Origin: Piedraia hortae CBS 480.64
Lineage: Eukaryota
Direction of reading: 5' to 3'
DNA length: 64,000 nucleotides
NCBI GenBank assembly: GCA_010093745.1
Contig: MU005958.1
Coordinates: forward strand, 62,001 to 126,000
A program made the translations under genes and the position numbers. The notes beneath the pieces are model-generated. The model made no database searches. It saw only the letters and a program-made list of their open reading frames with translations, and was not told the origin of the DNA. Shown in pieces: positions 33,281 to 43,980 of the stretch. How positions within the stretch are numbered: position 1 is the first letter of the stretch; each line of letters starts with the position of its first letter.

Positions 33281-36200
33281 TTACGAGGACGAAGAAGTCT
33301 CGTCTTCATCGTCCACCTCTTCCATGTTCTCCATCTCTACTTCGTGCACCTCTTGCATGCTGTCCGCCTCTGTTCCGTCCACACTCTCTGCAACTCCATT
33401 CACAGTTGCGGTCATTGCTTCATCAACACTGTCTGTCCCCGCATCGTTCACACTCTCTTCCCCCACCTCGTCCACATTCTCTGCTTCCGACTCATGGCCC
33501 TGGCTCTCGGCTTCTGTGCCGTCAACCACACTCTCTCCATCCACACTCTGCCCTGGTTCCTGAACCGGCACCTGCACCCGCTTTTTCGCAGCAGCTACCT
33601 CGGCCTTTGCGTCGAGGTTGGCAGAGACGATCCACTGATCCAACCCTCTGTCGGTCACGTAGCCCTGCAACACCTCGTCCATGACCTTATTGTCGTGCAA
33701 GATTGGATACAGCAGATCGTCGTTACCCCTCCAGCGGTAGCCTAGATCATCTACGCTGCACGCGGTTCCCAGACAATCTGACGGCGCCAGAACACGGATG
33801 CTGCATGACGGCTGCATCAGGGAATCGTCGCGGTGCAAAGTGTACAAGATGTGCCAGGGAACGGTGTCACGCAGCCGCAACTGCATGTCCCGGTCCGTTT
33901 TTCCCCTTGTGGTTTTGGAGTGGGAGATGGTGATCCAATCATCCCGCACGTAACACCGCTTCCAAATGAGCTGCAGAAGCGTCTCGAAGCGCTTGTGCGA
34001 TAGATTCGGTGCCGCGCTATTCAGTGCCTTGAGCGCCAGTACGAATCCACCCTCTGGGCTGTCACCTTGGCTGTCCATGAGCGTGGCGATGTCGATCAAC
34101 TCGTCCACCGACAATGCCTGTTGATCTAGTAGACGAGACAGAGTCGTTTCAAGAAGCTGCTGCAGCGACGAGTAGTCTTTGGTCGCCTTGGCGCCAATTT
34201 TGCGCATGAGCTGCCTAACTTTCTTTTGGTGATCAGCTGTTGAGGCTATTTCGTTCTGCAACCTCGAAAAGAGCTGTTCCTGTAGTTGTACAAGCTCGAG
34301 TTCTCGCTTTTGGCGTAATATCGCAGTAGAATGGTCCGCTTCATAGTCCGGGTCGGCAAGCAGTGCCAGCTTTGCAAGGCTCAGCTCGACTTTCTTGGGC
34401 CAGAGCCTAGTCTCGCAATCCAGCGCAGCCCTTTCCAGACTTTGACCTGCGTGACGAAAATCATGCACCGCTCGCACATCATTGATCCAGCACATCTTGA
34501 CTCTGAATCGGTCTGCCCGCAAGTATGTGGTCAGCGGCCCTTCCCAGAATGCCTGCGCTTTCTCAAGCATCTGACCCGCATTCTTGCCCGACAGCGCTAC
34601 ATGGAAGAAGGCGTCGGACCAATCGCTGCCGAACTTAGTAAAGTATTTGCCAGCCCTGGCAGTTAGTTTGTCCAGAGCCTGGCTGGCATCTTCGCGATCA
34701 GCATCTGGCAGGGTCTTGTCCTGCTGTGCATGCATGTGTACCTGCATCTCGCCGACCATCAGCTCGGTAAGCGTGTGCATATCGCGGAATCGTTCGGCTA
34801 GCGACATGCCCTCGCCAGCTTTGCCAATGAGCGCAAGCCCGGTAGATTGGTTGTAGCGTTCCGTCTCAAACTTGGTCTGGAGCTGTTCCACGAGTGCCTG
34901 CGTATCGGGCGACGGTTGCTGGGATTGCCATGCAATGCGCTCGCGAAAAAGGTCGCAGCATCCCTGTATAACATTTGCATTGATGTTGCCGATTTTGCTG
35001 ACAACGGCTTCTTCTGGCGTCTGGGGCGAGCAATATCTCGCGCAAAAGTCCTTCGCCACGGCATGCGTGATGCGCGATACGCTCGAACCCGCGGCGAGCA
35101 TCTCGTTGGTGCATGTCCACGGCTCAGGGATTCCCTCATAGTCAGCTTCGTCCTCCAACACGGCATAGTCGAGATATCTTGCGCTTCCACCGCCCTCGCG
35201 ATCTCTCCAGATACTGTAGTTTGGTGAATCCTTCTCGCGGAAATCGAAGATGGCATCAAAAGCCACCTTCCATAGTTCGTTTGCATCCGCAAAGTACATC
35301 AAAGTAGCCACTGTAGCACTCGACTTCAAAGCCTGAAGCCTCCTGAGCTTCTGTCTGATTGTGATCAAGAACCGATCTGTCCTTGCCAGGTCGTTGACGA
35401 AGAAGTATCTGACAGCATCTTCGTCGCCCGTCTTCAGCTCAGAACTCTCGAGACTCGAACAGACCTCTTCCGTGAACGTCGTGTGTTGGAACTTGTCATT
35501 GGACGGGAGAGCATCTCTCTGTTTCTCATATGTGCTCCACAACGCCTGACCAACCGCAACCTTTTCCGCATCCCAGAACAACTGCCACATAACCCGCTTC
35601 GAGACTTTTGGGTAGTTTTGTCGCACGTGTTTGACCAAGCCCTCCAGCGCGCGGGCCCGATATTCCAGATGCGAAGACATTGAAGACTGGCCATGCAGCT
35701 GGGGAATCTTTGACTGTAGAATTTCTGAACTGATGGCAAGCACGGCCTCTTCAGTCTGCTCAGTGTGATATTTCCTGTCTGCGTGGGAGGAGAAATCAAA
35801 GATGTTTTCACGCATGGCACCGAAGAAGATGGCCTGTTCGATCCTGGCCTCCTCGCTGAGACTTTCGCGTTCTCCGGCGCCGGAAGGATCAGTGATTGAT
35901 AACCGCACCAGCCCGGTACCCTGAACAAATGCGATGGCCGATTCATGGCCCGCCCTCCTCTCCTCGGGACAGGCGCCGAGGAACTTGGACGGGCGGGGGG
36001 ATCGGAGGTAGAGGAGGTCTTCGAAGGGCTGCGGTTCGACGTAGGAGACGTCGTGCAGTTGGGCATTTGGGTCATCATGGCCGTTCAGACTCATGGTAGA
36101 CAATAGAGCAACAGCATCTGGGAACACGACTATAGCGGTATGACGAGGGGCAGGAAGGAGAAGCCGCGGCTTTGTTGCACCCGGACTACTATGGTAGCCG

Positions 36201-37540
36201 CTGATCTGGATCAGCTGTCCAAACTTAGGGGGACCACAATTGGGACCGCTGTCTCTACCCGTGTCGTTGCCCACCTCTGCCACAAAGTAGTCCAGCCCGT
36301 CCCAGCGTTCCATGCTCACTAACAGCAGCATGGTGACGGGCATATCAGAATAACTCGTTTCCCATGTGGCCAGAGTCGAACTTTTGTCCTGCAAAGTGAA
36401 ATCGACGAGTTTGAGCGTCTCTGGTCGGGGAACACTGTCCCTGCCCATGCGATATTTCATCTCATCCTCAATGAATGGTTTCAAGTCCTTGCTAAAGGAC
36501 CAACGCTGCGTACCGACCCAATCGAGTTCCCACACGAGCAGCTCCAGGTCGCGCGTGATGGCAAGTACTTGCAACTGTTCCCTGCCGGACCGACGAGTGC
36601 GTACCTCAAATACCTCCTTCTTGAATTGCGGCAACATGCCTCTTAGGCTGCCAAGCACACCGCCCGGTAGCTGCCCACCAGGCCGCTGGACGTTGCAGAT
36701 AATCTTTGGCTTGCCCTGAGGGTCGTGGAGGGTCAGATGGATGATGCGGCCCGAGGAAAGCAATATCATAAAACCAAACTGCTCTGTTGGATGGATGGCT
36801 GTAACTTTTTCTGAATACGAGAATCCAGAGATGGTGCCCTCCACGCCTGTGGCGTGTTCGTGCAAGAAGCCCAATGACGCCGCTCGCTCCACCGACTCGT
36901 AATAAACGATGCGGCCGCTGGTTGCCGACACCAGCAGCAGCCCAACGTCCGACTGCGTGGCTGCGACGGGCACCAGGACGCCAAACGGCAGAGGGTCGCC
37001 GTCTTTCGCTGGGACGGGCAGACCAAATACCTTCGCATTGTTAGCCATTGTGTGAGCTGTATAGTCCCACACATAGGCCTTGGTCTGCGTCACGGCCAGG
37101 GCAATGTGCTGATGCGCCGTGCTGAGGATGTCGCCGCGGAACTCCAGGCCGGGCTGTCGCAGCTCCTTGGGCGTGGACGGCAGGGCTCTGATGGAGTACA
37201 GATTGTTGCTCACCAGCGTCATGGCATCGTCGCTCTTGGCCGCGCGTTTGCCGCCCACCGTCTTCTTCCCTCGCACCGCCAGTTCTTGAAGTTCGGGCGT
37301 CTCGCTGAAGTTACGCTGGCTCTCGATGCGACGACCGTTGGGTACGGAGCTGTAGCCGTTGACTTCAGATCCGTGGCTATTGGCTCTGACGTCTCCGGTG
37401 ATCCTGGTCTTCTTCCTCTGCGGCGCCGTGCCTGGACTCTCGCCGTCGCCCTGGCGCGGCCTGCGTCGGGGGTTGCGCACGCTGCCTGAGCTGACCCATT
37501 GCTGCTGGTCCATGGATATCGCGGCTTCTGGCGCTGACAT
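33281..37540 (-). CDS. NUP133: Nucleoporin Nup133
   Basis: ~1420-aa ORF; N-terminal propeller (AYVWDY, LPFGVLV, GRIVYYES), RIEQAIFFG, LFWDAEK, WINDV, KKVELSLAKLALLA, LIWKRCYVRDDW; first ATG at 37540. Confidence 0.88.
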   Translation of the reverse strand: MSAPEAAISMDQQQWVSSGSVRNPRRRPRQGDGESPGTAPQRKKTRITGDVRANSHGSEVNGYSSVPNGRRIESQRNFSETPELQELAVRGKKTVGGKRAAKSDDAMTLVSNNLYSIRALPSTPKELRQPGLEFRGDILSTAHQHIALAVTQTKAYVWDYTAHTMANNAKVFGLPVPAKDGDPLPFGVLVPVAATQSDVGLLLVSATSGRIVYYESVERAASLGFLHEHATGVEGTISGFSYSEKVTAIHPTEQFGFMILLSSGRIIHLTLHDPQGKPKIICNVQRPGGQLPGGVLGSLRGMLPQFKKEVFEVRTRRSGREQLQVLAITRDLELLVWELDWVGTQRWSFSKDLKPFIEDEMKYRMGRDSVPRPETLKLVDFTLQDKSSTLATWETSYSDMPVTMLLLVSMERWDGLDYFVAEVGNDTGRDSGPNCGPPKFGQLIQISGYHSSPGATKPRLLLPAPRHTAIVVFPDAVALLSTMSLNGHDDPNAQLHDVSYVEPQPFEDLLYLRSPRPSKFLGACPEERRAGHESAIAFVQGTGLVRLSITDPSGAGERESLSEEARIEQAIFFGAMRENIFDFSSHADRKYHTEQTEEAVLAISSEILQSKIPQLHGQSSMSSHLEYRARALEGLVKHVRQNYPKVSKRVMWQLFWDAEKVAVGQALWSTYEKQRDALPSNDKFQHTTFTEEVCSSLESSELKTGDEDAVRYFFVNDLARTDRFLITIRQKLRRLQALKSSATVATLMYFADANELWKVAFDAIFDFREKDSPNYSIWRDREGGGSARYLDYAVLEDEADYEGIPEPWTCTNEMLAAGSSVSRITHAVAKDFCARYCSPQTPEEAVVSKIGNINANVIQGCCDLFRERIAWQSQQPSPDTQALVEQLQTKFETERYNQSTGLALIGKAGEGMSLAERFRDMHTLTELMVGEMQVHMHAQQDKTLPDADREDASQALDKLTARAGKYFTKFGSDWSDAFFHVALSGKNAGQMLEKAQAFWEGPLTTYLRADRFRVKMCWINDVRAVHDFRHAGQSLERAALDCETRLWPKKVELSLAKLALLADPDYEADHSTAILRQKRELELVQLQEQLFSRLQNEIASTADHQKKVRQLMRKIGAKATKDYSSLQQLLETTLSRLLDQQALSVDELIDIATLMDSQGDSPEGGFVLALKALNSAAPNLSHKRFETLLQLIWKRCYVRDDWITISHSKTTRGKTDRDMQLRLRDTVPWHILYTLHRDDSLMQPSCSIRVLAPSDCLGTACSVDDLGYRWRGNDDLLYPILHDNKVMDEVLQGYVTDRGLDQWIVSANLDAKAEVAAAKKRVQVPVQEPGQSVDGESVVDGTEAESQGHESEAENVDEVGEESVNDAGTDSVDEAMTATVNGVAESVDGTEADSMQEVHEVEMENMEEVDDEDETSSSS

Positions 37541-37816
37541 GGTCGCGCAACAATACCGAGCGCGTCCTGGAATTTGGAGTGTTTCCGCCCGACGTCGGGA
37601 GCTGTGGAGGTGGCGCGTGACGCTAAACTGTTTGGGGAAGGTGCGGCGTTTCTGGTGCCTGCAGACGCACAATGAGCACTTTCAAACAGATCTTGACTCG
37701 ATCCAGAGGTCTCTCGAACCATTCTGTGAACACGATTTGGATGTAGTTAGTGAACCTCTTTTATATAAACACCTTAATCCCCACCATCCATCTATACTAC
37801 TCCTTCTCCCATTCGT

Positions 37817-38845
37817 CTACAGTTGCACCTCATTATTCAGCAGCCTAACCTCCTCACCAGGCTTAAAAGCCGGTAGACCAATGTACGGACATCCATCGCA
37901 CCGAAACGCATCGCCAAGCGCACAGTTACCACAAGAACCCACTTTGCCCTTGACTGTAAAGTCCACTTCGTTGAGGTCGTTGGCAGAGAGCTTTGCGAGA
38001 TTCGAGTCTGCGTCTGCACGCTTCACCTTGTCTTCCTCTGCAAGTCTCTCTGCAAGGCCACAAGTGCAGTCCTTGCAGGCGCGACGGCGCTTTGAATTGG
38101 GCTTACACGCCTCAGCTACAATTGAACAATCAGCATGGTTACACCTCCCTTCCAGTACAAATCACTTACGCACGATAATCGGTCTCTTCCTATCCTCCTC
38201 CGTCAACAAAGTATTCGGATCAATCGCCTCCGCCTTGAGCAATTCCTCCTCATCCGGAATCTCCAATTCATCCTCCCCATCATCGAACCCAACCCCATTC
38301 GGCACGCCAGCTTGCGCCAGCGGCATCCCTCTATTCGTCCGAGCCCCATTCACCTCCTCAACCGCATTCGCCGGCACAGCAGACGCATTCGCCTTCCTCC
38401 TAAAATTCAGCTTAACCGTCTGCGCCTCGACAGCATTCGGCTTTACCATTCCCTCCTCGGGGTCACTCTCCAACCCCGCAAGAATCGCCTCCGTCCTCTC
38501 CTGGCTCTGCATCTCCCTCTCATTACACCTTAACTTCCCTAAAGGTCTCATACTCTTCACCACCATCTCCATAACCCTTCTATCCAACACATCCCCCACC
38601 CCCGTAAGCAAGAGCACAAGATCATACGTCGCAGCAGGCAGCGCAACAAGACCCATGGCAAGCCGATCAAGCATTTGAATATCCGTCGCGCTGCGATCGT
38701 ACGCCTCCGCGACCTTACCCAGAGTCTCCGGGTGCGCAGCCACGGAAGGCGGCGCAAGGATGAGTGTGCGCTTCAATTTCAGGTCCTTCTCGGTCACAGA
38801 GGCCCCAAAGTCAGGCGCAGTGTCGATAGTAATCCCCGGTGCCAT
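37817..38845 (-). CDS. DRE2: Fe-S cluster assembly protein Dre2 (anamorsin)
   Basis: [10 protein letters not shown]-terminal [14 protein letters not shown] and [29 protein letters not shown]; intron 38116-38169. Confidence 0.96.
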
Positions 38846-39302
38846 TATTTGCTTGCTCGTATGAAGTCGCTGTCGCTCGCAGAGAAAAACGTGGGGTGGC
38901 GAAAACGTTACCCCGCACTGCTAGCGCGCTAAACTAAAATGGCGTGATATCCACGCACAGATTAAGGTTCAAAGTTCCAACTCCGCATGGACATCGAATA
39001 TTACAATTTTGTCGAGGTCGAGGTCAGAATTTTCGCTCATTCAGCTAAAGACAAACGGGCATGCACATCTTTATCATTTCGATAGAAGCAAATGAACACT
39101 GCAAACGTCTACTCACTGGAGCCTTCGAGTTTCCCCTAAGATGACCTCAAACTAGCCTAGAATAGCAGCAGTACCTCTATGGAAAACCTCTTGACTTTCA
39201 ACGTAACCTTCATTCTCATCTACCACTCACGTTCCCACTCCCCTCCTCCCCCCCCCCCCAAAAAAAAAAACAGTCTCCCTTTCACCAGCAAAAAAGAAAT
39301 GT

Positions 39303-39392
39303 TGACCAGAGTTAAATTCGAATTCAAGCCCTCAGGGGCTAGCGGGTGGAAGAACGTTAAACTAGCGCCTTAGACCTCTCGGCCACCTTATC
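39303..39392 (-). pseudogene. tRNA-Leu-derived pseudogene (anticodon AAC, damaged B-box)
   Basis: Reverse complement GATAAGGTGGCCGAGAGGTCTAAGGCGCTAGTTTAACG..GCTAG..TTGAATTCGAATTTAACTCTGGTCA aligns with the neighbouring tRNA-Leu; T-stem is mismatched. Confidence 0.85.
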
Positions 39393-39468
39393 CTGTATAT
39401 AGGATGCGGTAAACCACGTGACATAAAAATATCTGATATGGTCATGTTCAAACAGCAAAAAAAGATGG

Positions 39469-39561
39469 TGACCAGAGTGAGATTCGAACTCACGCCCTTT
39501 CGGACTAGCGATCAGGTAGAGTACCTTAAGCTAGCGCCTTAGACCGCTCGGCCATCTGGCC
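39469..39561 (-). tRNA. tRNA-Leu(AAG), intron-containing
   Basis: GGCCAGATGGCCGAGCGGTCTAAGGCGCTAGCTTAAGG-[short intron]-GCTAGTCCGAAAGGGCGTGAGTTCGAATCTCACTCTGGTCA; long variable arm; T-run downstream. Confidence 0.95.
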
Positions 39562-39925
39562 CTTTGATGATTGATAGGGAGGTTGTGGGGATTATATACT
39601 TAAGATGGCTTTATTTTTGGGAAGGAGATGGATGTCTCAGTGTATTATTGATTGTTCATATGGCATGAAGAGTCGTGCAAGAGATTCATGATTGTGGTAA
39701 GATGAGATTTTCGAGTGTGCTTTCTTGTCTCACGTCTGGCTCTTCATGAACGATAGGCTGTTTTCCAGCAGACATACTTGTTAGTCGGACTCGACCCTCG
39801 AAATCCAGTTATCCTACATTCATTACGGGACCACAGTTTGAGTTGAAATTGCGAAGTGTTTTCAGAATTTCATGTACAAACACAGCACGGATTGCTCAAC
39901 AAAAACTTTATTCTGAAGTACTTTT

Positions 39926-41911
39926 TTATTGCATCAACGTCCGTCTTCTATTCGCAGCTCGCTCACTTCCCTCCCCAGATGAGATTAGATCCTTACTTGA
40001 CTTTGTCCCGCTTTTACTCGCCGTAGAGTGTCGTCTGGAAGATGTGCTTTTTGAACGCACAGGTTCTGGTATGGGTCCAGGTGAGGACGATTCGGCTACG
40101 TCGTATATGGCGAGGTCTTCCAACTCTTTTGTTGCGGCGTCGAGGACTGTACTTGTAGGGGCAGATTTGGATACCGTGGGTGAACTTGGTGTTGAGCCTC
40201 GTCCACCGTTCGTTGGGTTTGGTTTTCTGGTTCGTTTGCTAGCAGAGGATTTCTTTTCTGATGAGGTGGTGGGGAGGTCTTTCCAGGTGAATCCATCTTC
40301 GGCGGCCTCTTCCTTAATGGGCACGGATGTGTGATCTTCCTTCTTCATGACGCTCTGGTGCTTTTGTAACCCGCTGATGGCATCTACCATTTGCTCGCCA
40401 GGTCGCCGCATCTTGGCTATTAGAGACGGCTCGGCGTAGTTCACGGCACCCTTTGCTCGTCTTGATGGTCTTCCTCCACCGTCGGCTTTGATACTGGCAG
40501 AACTTAGGTCCTCGGGTTGTGGTGTGCAAGTCCGGCTGGCATCTGACCTGGAAGCAGGTATTTCAGGCTTGGTGGAAGGTTTTTGGGATGGCTCTTTGGA
40601 AGAAGGCTCCGGTAACTCGATCTCAGCAGGCTCGTAGAAACTATTTCTTTGTGGAGAGAGTAGTGGGATGGATGATACTGAGCGAGATGTGCCCCTTGCG
40701 GGCTTTTTAGCGTGTGCCTTCTCTGCCTTTTCCGGTGGGTTTGACTTTTCCGAAAAGTTCGGCTTCTCAGACTTGTCAGGCTTGTCCAGCGCCGTCTCCA
40801 CTTGACTTGCCCTCACCGGCGCCTTTCGTGGCGAGATGTTGACGCTCTTGTCGCCCAGAACCTTGCGCACAGCCGGGGAATTGACCGCAAGTGCTGGTTC
40901 AATGACATTCTCCGCTTTCCCTTTGGCACTGTTATCGCTCACCCCAGGCACGCTCTTCTTCTCTTCTGCAGGCTGGGTCTTGCGACTGAAGGAGAAATCT
41001 TCATCAACGTCTCTGTCAATCATTTTCCTCTTTGCACCAGCTCTGATGATACATGAGGCTTCCCCGTCCGTGCGCTCAGGTGAAGATGGCACGATGGATT
41101 GCCTCCTGATTTCAAGCTTTGGGAGTCCATCTTTCCGCCTTCGTCGAGTCTCAAGATTGACGCCCAGATCTGGTAGCACACTGCCATCAGCAACAGCTGG
41201 CGCTGGATATGACACTGAGGGTGACGCTGGTGCCTTAACGGGGTCTTCGAAATCAAAGTGTGCCATTGGTGGAGGTCCGAGATCTGGTGAATCGTTGCTG
41301 CCAGGATCTGATAGTCGGAGTTTCTGAATCTCTTCCGAGTTTAGTGTCCGGCGCGGGTACTGTTTGCCTTCGCAAATCGTAGGTAATTCCTTCTCGCCCA
41401 ACGTTGCCCTCAACGAACGTCGCTCCAGCCAAAGACGTTTTGTAACCTCCTTGCTACGTGTTACGCGCCCATCAACATTACTGTGCAAAGCGGCCATCTG
41501 ATCCAGCCCGTCCACTATGCTATCCAATTCGGCAAGCTTGGCCTGCAACGCCACCTTCATCGATCGAACGACTTCCTCGCTAGGGGCGGATTTTGTCTTC
41601 CGCAGTTCGTTTTCCAGCTGCAGAATCTTCTCCCGAAGCGCAAGGTTATCGGTCTGTAGGCGGCCAATCTCCATTTCCAAGCCTCGAATGCGCAAATTCT
41701 GGTGCGAGTTGTTCTTGGCCAGCTCTCGATTCTGGCGAATGACTTTCCTCCTAATCTCATCCAAGTGAGGAGCTGTTTTATCTGGCAACGGCTGGCCCTT
41801 TGTGCGCATAATGTCGGCAACGTGGTCGGCGACCTCGCCAAACTGCGGTTGCGAGGCGGGCGTCGGGCTCATGGCAGGCGCCGCTGGCCGTTCTCCGTTT
41901 AGACGAGCCAT
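39926..41911 (-). CDS. SGO1: Shugoshin
   Basis: MARLN start; coiled coil RQNRELAKNNS....RIRGLEMEI; basic SGO motif RPSRRAKGAVNYAEPSLIAKMRRP. Confidence 0.93.
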   Translation of the reverse strand: MARLNGERPAAPAMSPTPASQPQFGEVADHVADIMRTKGQPLPDKTAPHLDEIRRKVIRQNRELAKNNSHQNLRIRGLEMEIGRLQTDNLALREKILQLENELRKTKSAPSEEVVRSMKVALQAKLAELDSIVDGLDQMAALHSNVDGRVTRSKEVTKRLWLERRSLRATLGEKELPTICEGKQYPRRTLNSEEIQKLRLSDPGSNDSPDLGPPPMAHFDFEDPVKAPASPSVSYPAPAVADGSVLPDLGVNLETRRRRKDGLPKLEIRRQSIVPSSPERTDGEASCIIRAGAKRKMIDRDVDEDFSFSRKTQPAEEKKSVPGVSDNSAKGKAENVIEPALAVNSPAVRKVLGDKSVNISPRKAPVRASQVETALDKPDKSEKPNFSEKSNPPEKAEKAHAKKPARGTSRSVSSIPLLSPQRNSFYEPAEIELPEPSSKEPSQKPSTKPEIPASRSDASRTCTPQPEDLSSASIKADGGGRPSRRAKGAVNYAEPSLIAKMRRPGEQMVDAISGLQKHQSVMKKEDHTSVPIKEEAAEDGFTWKDLPTTSSEKKSSASKRTRKPNPTNGGRGSTPSSPTVSKSAPTSTVLDAATKELEDLAIYDVAESSSPGPIPEPVRSKSTSSRRHSTASKSGTKSSKDLISSGEGSERAANRRRTLMQ

Positions 41912-42189
41912 TTGCGACTGCTCCGATTAAGATTGTAGTCATACAAATGCGATGGTATCGCTACTGCCTTCCTTGGCGCGTCCGGTGAGGGGAAGGTTGT
42001 AGGCGCAATGAATCAACAAGGTTTATTTTGGTGTTTATGCGGAGCGTCGTCAAGGGCAACCTGCAGACAGCGTCATCTCATTGGACGCCGATATGTACGC
42101 GATGCGGGGTAGCGCGATGAACGCAAACCAATGACAATCTGGCACACAACCGTGCTGTGCCGCAGACTACGGTTTCTTTGACATATACC

Positions 42190-42636
42190 ATGTCCCATGC
42201 ACACCGTCAAACTATTCTGCCAACCCACATTCGCCAGTCTTCTGCCCAGTCATCAACGCTGCAAGCGCGTGTCAATGCGAAGAAGGCGGAGCTGGAAAAC
42301 CTCCGCCAGTTAAGAGACTTGTCGGCTGATCTAGCCTGTCAGATGCAAAATCTGGAGGCCAAACTAGCAACATTGAATTCGGGAACTGAATGTCTTGCAG
42401 CTGTTCTGGGCAATTGGCATAATGTGCTAAGAGCTATTCACATGGCTAGCTGTGAGTTGGCTTGATGGTTCAAAGCTGTGCTAATTGGAATTGTAGTGAG
42501 CGTTCAGAAGACAGCACAGGAAGGCGGCGCAGGCGATGTCTCGTTGCCGCAGACTCTTGTTAGAATCCCAATCCACCAAGCTGAAGCCATGCAAAAGGAG
42601 CTAGATGCCGTAGAAGCTGCCAGTGCAGAGGAGTGA
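42190..42636 (+). CDS. DAD2: DASH/Dam1 complex subunit Dad2
   Basis: LQARVNAKKAELENLRQLRDLS...VLGNWHNVLRAIHMAS; intron 42452-42496; exon 2 LPQTLVRIP. Confidence 0.93.
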
Positions 42637-42919
42637 ATGTACTGTCTGTAACCTTTTTAGAAAACTGAGAGTGAGCAAGTGTAAGCTGACGAAGAATTTG
42701 AAACCGGCAAAGCACACGAGATGCTCGCTGGCTGGTGAATTGCCGATGTCGATGAATAGTCCGTAATACACCAGGCAAGCTTCCATCATTTTAACAGTTG
42801 TCATTAAAAATTAATTATGCCAGGCACACGGATGCAATTCAATGGCGATTAGCTATGCATCTCTAACCCTCAAATCATAATCCGTTCCGAGTATTTTCGT
42901 GGACATTGTGACGTCCCGC

Positions 42920-43360
42920 TCATCCTGTTTGCTTATTGCTCGAGTGTTTTGGTTGTCTCTCATAGGCGTTGGGACTTGGTCTCCTTTCTTTGGCTTTACC
43001 CTTATCATCTTCCCGTTTGGTGTTTTTCTTGGGCTTTCGTCCTCCATTGCCAGCCCTCTGTGCGCGACTCAAGTCCTCGCCTTCGCTGCTATCATCGCTA
43101 TCCGAGCTGCTAGTCTCCGACTCACTATCTCCGGGCTCGTGCGGCTTGTGATAGATGCAGCACACCTTGCTGCTTTTCTTGCCCATTCCTTCATTGTCAA
43201 CGACCGAGTCATCCCACCTCACGTGGGGTGTGTCATCGGGCTCAGCATTGGCCCGGAGCCGCAGAGTTGCGGTCGGAGCCGTACTTGGCCCCGCTTGGAC
43301 AATAGTTTGCGAGCCCGAAGAAGCAACGGGCGTTGAAGTACGAGTGATTTGACGAGACAT
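42920..43360 (-). CDS. YPI1: PP1 regulator Ypi1 / inhibitor-3
   Basis: [27 protein letters not shown] and [10 protein letters not shown] motifs. Confidence 0.95.
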   Translation of the reverse strand: MSRQITRTSTPVASSGSQTIVQAGPSTAPTATLRLRANAEPDDTPHVRWDDSVVDNEGMGKKSSKVCCIYHKPHEPGDSESETSSSDSDDSSEGEDLSRAQRAGNGGRKPKKNTKREDDKGKAKERRPSPNAYERQPKHSSNKQTG

Positions 43361-43980
43361 GGCTTGACAGCTGTGGCTGGCCAGGCGGTTTCAACCTCAA
43401 GGTGGGGTAGAGTGCAGATCACGTGCTGCTGCTGACAAAGCAGCGCGCCAAGAATTACAAGACAGCCACGGACTCGTCACGTTGGCTCTGTTCCGGCCAG
43501 TAAGTTCCTTCAGAGCACCTCGTTCTTGTAGCGGAAGCTCTGGTTGGTGACAAACAAGAGATCGACGGTTTCAAAGCGGCCGGTAACCAGTGACCGTGGC
43601 GTTGCTTTGCTTAGTCACGACCCGTTGCCGTCTGCCGGCTTTGCTGAGACACGCAACGATCCACGGTGACAATTTCTTCTGCCTACCGCCAGCGCGCGAA
43701 ACGACAGTAGCGGCCTTATTGCCTGACCACTGGCCGCGCCGCAGACTAGAGGTTCCGCGCCACCGCCCCACTCTCTACGACGCCGCATCCGCCGAACGCC
43801 GCCCCCAGCACCCTTGAGCTCTTGACGTGCATTCGCCGGCGACGTGCCACCATTGGCGTACCGCTCACTGCCTGGGGCCTTTTCTTCACAGCTTCATCAT
43901 CTCTGCTGCCCGCCTGCAGCTCTTCCCTTTCCAGAAACCCGCCCCGATCCCTTCGTCTGTCTTTCCCTCTCCCTGCCAAG

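Noticed and set aside
37359..38678. 439-aa plus-strand ORF
   Set aside because: Antisense shadow of DRE2 and the NUP133 5' end; no motifs.
43822..43980. N-terminal extension of CRM1 from a TTG start
   Set aside because: Homology begins at ATG 43981; the upstream part looks like a pyrimidine-rich 5'UTR.
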